Notes under the pieces: model-generated
What the model was told of the DNA's origin: nothing
The model's database searches: none
Seen by the model: the letters and a program-made list of their open reading frames with translations, nothing else
Assembly (NCBI GenBank): GCA_029210695.1
Contig: JARGFH010000001.1
Span: 62,001-126,000, forward strand
Source of the DNA: Acidimicrobiia bacterium
GTDB taxonomy: Bacteria > Actinomycetota > Acidimicrobiia > Spongiisociales > JAHEDJ01
Direction: 5' to 3'
DNA length: 64,000 bases
Program-made: the position numbers and the translations under genes
Part shown: one piece after another, positions 58,755 to 64,000 of the stretch
Layout of the letters: each line of letters opens with the position of its first letter
How positions within the stretch are numbered: the first letter of the stretch is position 1

Positions 58755-60140
58755 TCAGCGAACCGCCGGAGCCGGGGCGAGTTCGCCGAGGCCGACGTTC
58801 CACTGTTCGTCGGCAACACGAAACCCTTCAACCACGAGCGGAGCGATTGATGTGCCGACCGGCGTTGCTCCTGCATTTGGCGTGAACCGCACGAATCCGC
58901 CCTGTTCGCCGGGGCCCAGACTCAGCGAAGCGACGGCGTCGTCGTCATCGGACGAGACTGTGAGGCCGCCTGCCTCAGCCCTGGCGAGCAGCACCATGTT
59001 CGTGCTCTCGATCTCGGTTTCAACGACCGTCCAGCCCCCGCCGCCGCGCTGCCGATCCGCCGCTTCGACTATCAACCGTTCGAAACCGTCCGCCATGTAT
59101 TTCAACTGCTCTCCCTCGATCAAGGCCCGATTGATCGAGCCGATGCCGAGACGGGGCAGGCCCGCCAGCAGAGTCCCGGCTGCGGCACCCGCCCTGGTAT
59201 TCAGCTCGGTGGGCAGGAAACCCATCTCTGTCATCACCCCATCCACGGTGAATGCACCGCGATAGTCCACTCGCTGTCGCAAGTGCTCTCCGACCCGGCC
59301 GGCAACAGACCGCATGACATCTCGATCGCTCTCCGTCGGGTCCCAGAACGAGGCCGCGCCGCAGTACTTGAGTCGGTGTCCGGGCCGACGAAGCGTCATC
59401 AGCTCACACGGCCTCAGCGTTACCACCGTCTCAGGAAACACAAACCCGTGAATCGAGCACGGAATGCCTTCCAGAAAAGGCATGATCCGGACGCGGTCGC
59501 AGTGACGGCCGAAGAATTCGAGAGGCTCCTGCAGATCGCCGGGATGGGCAACCCACCTGACATATTCGGCCCCACCATTGAACCCATCCCTGGCATCTCC
59601 AGTGAGCACGATCCCCGCCCCGCGGTCGAACCCCGGCATTGCTCGCTCGATGGCGCTTCGCTCGACGGGGGTCACCACGGATGGGGCTCTTGCGACGCCG
59701 GCCGCGTCCCAGATCTCATCGACGATGATCTTGTCCTCGAGGGCGAGCCACTCCGGGCGCCGCCAGCCATAAACCAATCTGCCCGCCATCGAATCCTGAT
59801 AGAAGAACGGCCCGGCCAGCATCACAGCCCGACGCTCGGGATCCCATCGATCGAGCCGCTCCACCATCTCCGGGGTTGGATCGCGCAGGAGGCGTTCCAT
59901 GATCCGAAACGACTCAATCATCGAACCGGCCCGTGTATCGAGTACCAACCAGTCTGCCGAGTCGGCTGCCGGAAGTTCGCCGGTGCCTACCCCTGAGGCG
60001 AACAAGAAGAGGTCGGTAGCTCCCAAGTCCCGGGCCGTTTTGACGAAGGATGTGAACCCTGCGAGTGGTGCACCAGACAAAATGACCTTCCGGCCTTCAA
60101 ACTGGTACCGGGTCAGCTCCCGGTAATACTCGACGTCCAT
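58755..60140 (-). CDS. uncharacterised ATP-grasp-like protein
   Basis: ALEDK, GFNGG, MPFLEGIPCSIHG, YRGAFTVDG...PTELNTR resemble ATP-grasp motifs. Confidence 0.65.
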   Translation of the reverse strand: MDVEYYRELTRYQFEGRKVILSGAPLAGFTSFVKTARDLGATDLFLFASGVGTGELPAADSADWLVLDTRAGSMIESFRIMERLLRDPTPEMVERLDRWDPERRAVMLAGPFFYQDSMAGRLVYGWRRPEWLALEDKIIVDEIWDAAGVARAPSVVTPVERSAIERAMPGFDRGAGIVLTGDARDGFNGGAEYVRWVAHPGDLQEPLEFFGRHCDRVRIMPFLEGIPCSIHGFVFPETVVTLRPCELMTLRRPGHRLKYCGAASFWDPTESDRDVMRSVAGRVGEHLRQRVDYRGAFTVDGVMTEMGFLPTELNTRAGAAAGTLLAGLPRLGIGSINRALIEGEQLKYMADGFERLIVEAADRQRGGGGWTVVETEIESTNMVLLARAEAGGLTVSSDDDDAVASLSLGPGEQGGFVRFTPNAGATPVGTSIAPLVVEGFRVADEQWNVGLGELAPAPAVR

Positions 60141-60225
60141 TGCCCAAGGGTATTCGAGAATCGGAGTCCCGGGTCGGCGCAACGCGTTTCGCAAACCGGC
60201 GCCAGCTTCGGCGGGCGACCAATGA

Positions 60226-61134
60226 CTAGGGGCCAACCACTCCCACAAGAAAGCCGTCATCGTCGATCACCGGAACGGGAGCGCCTCCCAGCGCCTCGCC
60301 GACCTGGCCTATCTCATCGATCGGAGAATCGACCATCACGGCGACAGGGTCTTCCATGACTTCCCCAACTTGGGTGCCGGCACCGGCCAGCATCAGGGCC
60401 GATCGGCGGACGATGCCCACGAGCTTCCCATTATCCGCCACCGGCAACACCGGAAACTCAATGAGAGCGAGGGCATCCGCCGTTCCGAGCATGGGACTGA
60501 CGTAAGCCTCGGGTTGCCGGAGAAGCTGAAAGGCGCGCTGCGGCGCCGATCGCACGACGACGGTTCCCGATGGAGCACGATTCTGCAAGCGTCGACCAGT
60601 TCCGAAGAATTGGCGTTGCAGCCAGGATCCGCCGGGGGCTCCAACGACCAGGAGCGAACCTGCGTCGAGTTCTGCCGTCAGGTCGGCCGGCTGATCCGCC
60701 TCGATGAGCCTGTAGGGGATGTCCTCGACGAGCGCGGCGATCATGGCCAGGCTCTCCCGCACCTCCGACCGCCGGTCGTCGGCTCCGTACGACGACACCA
60801 GCTCCGCCGAAACGTCGAGGGACTCCGAGAGCTGCCTGGCAACGACGGCGGCCAGTTCGGAGTGGGGACCTCCCGCAACGGCCGCAGTCACGGATGTGAC
60901 CGCTTCGAGGTCGAGTTCATGCGGAACCGCAACTGAAACCAGATTGAAGTTGGTCAGTCGCCGGGTCACCAGCAGTTCCGCGCGGGCGGCCCTGCAGATC
61001 TCCTCGAGGTCCCCTTCAACCCGAACGGCACCCGGAGAGATCGCGTCGGCGAGTTCACCGCACCCCTCGCCGCGGGTCCACACAACGGACCGCAATGAGA
61101 AGTGAGACGACTCCGGCTGGGGGGCAGCGACCAT
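60226..61134 (-). CDS. universal-stress-like + CBS domain protein
   Basis: AVAGGPHSELA and LLVVGA (USP-like); LPVADNGKLVGIV and VPVIDDDGFLVGVV (CBS pair). Confidence 0.75.
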   Translation of the reverse strand: MVAAPQPESSHFSLRSVVWTRGEGCGELADAISPGAVRVEGDLEEICRAARAELLVTRRLTNFNLVSVAVPHELDLEAVTSVTAAVAGGPHSELAAVVARQLSESLDVSAELVSSYGADDRRSEVRESLAMIAALVEDIPYRLIEADQPADLTAELDAGSLLVVGAPGGSWLQRQFFGTGRRLQNRAPSGTVVVRSAPQRAFQLLRQPEAYVSPMLGTADALALIEFPVLPVADNGKLVGIVRRSALMLAGAGTQVGEVMEDPVAVMVDSPIDEIGQVGEALGGAPVPVIDDDGFLVGVVGP

Positions 61135-61284
61135 ACGTTCCTTCAGTGTGGGACCCTTTGATCTCGAACGCAAGCTGCCGGCACTTGCCTTTCAAGATCG
61201 ACCACCGAAGATCGAGCACCATCAACCGGTAAACGGCCTTCGACTTGGGAATCGCGGCCGGAGTCCGTACATTCTTTTCTCGCA

Positions 61285-62421
61285 ATGATTATTGGCATAC
61301 CCAAGACCACAGAGGCCGGTGAGCATCGGGTGTCCCTGACTCCCGATGTTGTCGCCCGCCTGACGAAAGAAGGCCACGAGGTCGTCGTGCAGTCCGGAGC
61401 CGGAACGGCTGCCGGATTCATCGACGAAGCCTACGAAGGATCCGGCGCATCGATCGGCGATGCCGCCCGGGCCTGGTCGGCGGATGTTGTGTGCTCCGTA
61501 TCGTTCCCGTCCGATGAAGGTGCTTCGCACCTCAAGCCCGGAGCGGTCGTACTCGGCATGCTGCAACCGCTCGATCAGCCCGGCCGGTTCCCGGCGCTCG
61601 CCTCGACCGGTGTGACCTCGATCGCATTCGAGGCCGTTCCCCGCACGACGCGCGCTCAATCCATGGACGTGCTGTCATCACAAGCGACGGTTGCCGGCTA
61701 CCAGGCGGTCCTCATGGCTGCAGACAGACTCGACAAGTTCTTTCCCATGCTGACCACTGCGGCAGGCACAATCGCCCCATCGAAAGTGCTCATCCTTGGT
61801 GCAGGCGTGGCGGGCCTAATGGCTATCGCCACCGCTCGCAGGCTCGGAGCGATCGTCTTTGCCTTCGACGTCCGGGCAGAGGCCGCCGAGCAAGTCCAGT
61901 CTCTCGGCGCCCGATTCGTCAGCGTCGAAATAGAACAGCAGGATTCCTCCGCGACGGGCGGATACGCCAAAGAAGTCGCCGAGGACACCCAGGCGAAGAT
62001 CCTGGCGGGCTTGGCCAAACCGGTCGCCGAGGCGGATGTCGTCATCTCGACGGCGCAGATTCCCGGGCGCCCTGCTCCGCTGTTGATCACACGGCAGATG
62101 GTGGAATCGATGCGTCCGGGAGCGATCATCATCGACCTGGCCGCCCCGACGGGCGGTAACTGCGAGTTGACCCGGGCCGGCGAATCGGTCGTTCATTCCA
62201 ACGTGACGATCGAAGGCCCGACCAACCTACCCAGCATGGCTGCCGGAGATGCGTCGCGCATGTTCGGACGAAACGCGCTGGCCCTCATGAAGCTCTTCCT
62301 CACCGAGGAGGGATTGAATATCGACTTCGAAGACGACATCATCGAAGGCTCGGTCATCACCCACGGAGGCGCGGTCGTGCATCCACGGGTCAAGTCACTA
62401 CTCGACGGAGGAGGTAACTGA
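61285..62421 (+). CDS. pntAA: NAD(P) transhydrogenase subunit alpha, part 1
   Basis: RAQSMDVLSSQ, FPMLTTAAGT, GAGVAGL, GGYAK, TAQIPGRPAP. Confidence 0.95.
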   Translation: MIIGIPKTTEAGEHRVSLTPDVVARLTKEGHEVVVQSGAGTAAGFIDEAYEGSGASIGDAARAWSADVVCSVSFPSDEGASHLKPGAVVLGMLQPLDQPGRFPALASTGVTSIAFEAVPRTTRAQSMDVLSSQATVAGYQAVLMAADRLDKFFPMLTTAAGTIAPSKVLILGAGVAGLMAIATARRLGAIVFAFDVRAEAAEQVQSLGARFVSVEIEQQDSSATGGYAKEVAEDTQAKILAGLAKPVAEADVVISTAQIPGRPAPLLITRQMVESMRPGAIIIDLAAPTGGNCELTRAGESVVHSNVTIEGPTNLPSMAAGDASRMFGRNALALMKLFLTEEGLNIDFEDDIIEGSVITHGGAVVHPRVKSLLDGGGN

Positions 62422-62702
62422 TGGAACTCGTGATCTCCATCACCGTGTTCGTCCTCGCCGCTTTCGTTGGATTCGAGGTAATCACCAAGGTGCCGCCCAC
62501 GCTGCACACCCCATTGATGTCCGGATCGAACGCGATTTCAGGTGTCACGATCATCGGCGCTCTCATCGTCGCCGGAAAAGCAGACAGCACACTTGGTGAG
62601 GTGCTGGCATTTCTGGCGGTGACAATGGCAATGATCAACGTTATCGGAGGATTCCTGGTTACAGATCGCATGCTCGAGATGTTCAAGAAGAAGGAGCGCT
62701 GA
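62421..62702 (+). CDS. pntAB: NAD(P) transhydrogenase subunit alpha, part 2
   Basis: VPPTLHTPLMSGSNAISG...GGFLVTDRMLEMF. Confidence 0.95.
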   Translation: MELVISITVFVLAAFVGFEVITKVPPTLHTPLMSGSNAISGVTIIGALIVAGKADSTLGEVLAFLAVTMAMINVIGGFLVTDRMLEMFKKKER

Positions 62703-64000
62703 TGAGCCAGGAAGTCTCAGCTCTCATCTATCTCGTTGCTGCTGCGCTGTTCATCTTCGGTCTGAAGCGGTTGTCGTCACCGGCCACGGCCCGCTCCGGC
62801 AACCAGATGGCTGCCGCCGGAATGGCGATCGCGATCATCGTGACGTTGACCAACAGTGGCATCAGCGCCTGGACGATCATCGCCGGCATCATCGTCGGCA
62901 GCGGAGTCGGCGCCTACCTGGCCAGGACGGTCGAGATGACCGGAATGCCCGAGCTCGTCGCGGCTTTCAACGGCTTCGGCGGTGGGGCGTCGGTGATGGT
63001 CGCCTCGGCCGAGTTCCTACAGAACCCGGACCCTGCGGTACAGACCGTCGTGACGATTGCCCTCTCCGTGGTGATCGGTGCGATTACCTTCTCCGGCAGC
63101 TTCATGGCCTGGGGCAAGCTGAACGGAAAGCTCCCGGGACAACCGTTCGGCTATCCGGCCCAGAAGCTGATCGACCCACTCATCGTGGCGGTAATCGTCC
63201 TCCTCGGCGTCCTGTTGGTTCTCGACGTCGGCGGATCTCTGGTCCTGTGGATCTTGTTGGTACTCGGCCTGGTGCTGGGAATCACCCGTGTCATCCCTAT
63301 CGGCGGGGCCGATATGCCGGTCGTCATCTCGCTCTTGAATGCGTTCTCGGGTGTGGCGGCGTCGATGGCCGGGTTTGTCATCAATGAGAATGCCCTGATC
63401 ATCTCGGGCGCCCTCGTTGGAGCCTCCGGGCTGATCCTCACCAACATCATGGTGAAGGCGATGAATCGCTCCATCGCCAATGTTCTGTTCGCCGCCTTCG
63501 GCGGTGCGGATTCAACCGGGCAGGGTGGAACGACCAGCGACAAGCCGGTGAAGGCGGCTTCTGCTGAGGATGTTGCGATCACCATGGGATATGCCCGGTC
63601 TGTGATCGTGGTTCCGGGCTACGGCCTGGCGGTGGCGCAAGCGCAGCATGTGCTGCGTGAGTTGGCCGACCTCCTCGAAGAGAAAGGTGTCGACGTCCGG
63701 TACGCGATTCATCCGGTGGCAGGGCGCATGCCGGGCCACATGAATGTGCTGCTGGCCGAAGCTGATGTGTCGTACGACAAGCTATTCGCCCTGGAGGACA
63801 TCAACGGGGACTTCCCCCGGACGGACGTAGCGCTCATCGTGGGAGCCAACGACGTCGTCAATCCGGCCGCCCGAGAGGATGAGACATCTCCGATCTACGG
63901 AATGCCGATCCTCGACGTAGACTTCGCCACCACCACCGTGGTGATCAAGCGGAGCCTATCGCCGGGTTTCGCCGGAATCGACAACCCCCTGTTCTACAAC
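62702..64000 (+). CDS. pntB: NAD(P) transhydrogenase subunit beta, 3'-truncated by window edge
   Basis: Read by hand from ATG 62702: MTGMPELVA, IGGADMPVVIS, VPGYGLAVAQAQH, IHPVAGRMPGHMNVLLAEA, GANDVVNP. Confidence 0.95.
   Translation, partial: MSQEVSALIYLVAAALFIFGLKRLSSPATARSGNQMAAAGMAIAIIVTLTNSGISAWTIIAGIIVGSGVGAYLARTVEMTGMPELVAAFNGFGGGASVMVASAEFLQNPDPAVQTVVTIALSVVIGAITFSGSFMAWGKLNGKLPGQPFGYPAQKLIDPLIVAVIVLLGVLLVLDVGGSLVLWILLVLGLVLGITRVIPIGGADMPVVISLLNAFSGVAASMAGFVINENALIISGALVGASGLILTNIMVKAMNRSIANVLFAAFGGADSTGQGGTTSDKPVKAASAEDVAITMGYARSVIVVPGYGLAVAQAQHVLRELADLLEEKGVDVRYAIHPVAGRMPGHMNVLLAEADVSYDKLFALEDINGDFPRTDVALIVGANDVVNPAAREDETSPIYGMPILDVDFATTTVVIKRSLSPGFAGIDNPLFYN

Overview
High-GC bacterial chromosomal segment. 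Gene content and order suggest an actinobacterium, plausibly Acidimicrobiia (inference). Mostly housekeeping genes: MoxR-DUF58-transglutaminase, MerR/DUF3040/dinB, fabD-fabH-fabG-acpP-fabF, ltaE, rlpA, glgP, alaC-like aminotransferase, a STAND adenylate cyclase, the ROK-ArsA-SRPBCC-phosphoesterase cluster, ilvD, queG, hisN, ilvBNC-leuAB, a P-type ATPase, tricorn protease, an osmoprotectant ABC transporter and pntAA-pntAB-pntB (truncated at the window end). No rRNA, tRNA, CRISPR array or autonomous transposase was recognised. The most notable signals are non-coding or small. (1) Two identical 111-bp MITE copies with CTAG target duplication, one of which splits a gene. (2) A ~50-bp palindromic repeat family next to stop codons, whose central core is inverted relative to its arms between loci. 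(3) A decaying 25.9-30.7 kb tract next to a DUF222-HNH gene that carries both a LexA box and a PafBC/RecA-NDp-like promoter. (4) An ilvB leader-peptide attenuator plus two further mini-ORFs inside the ilv-leu operon. (5) An apparently inactive resolvase-domain protein, an orphan ATP-grasp-like protein, and a methyltransferase that appears to start at ACG. All family calls come from motif recognition by eye, not from database searches.
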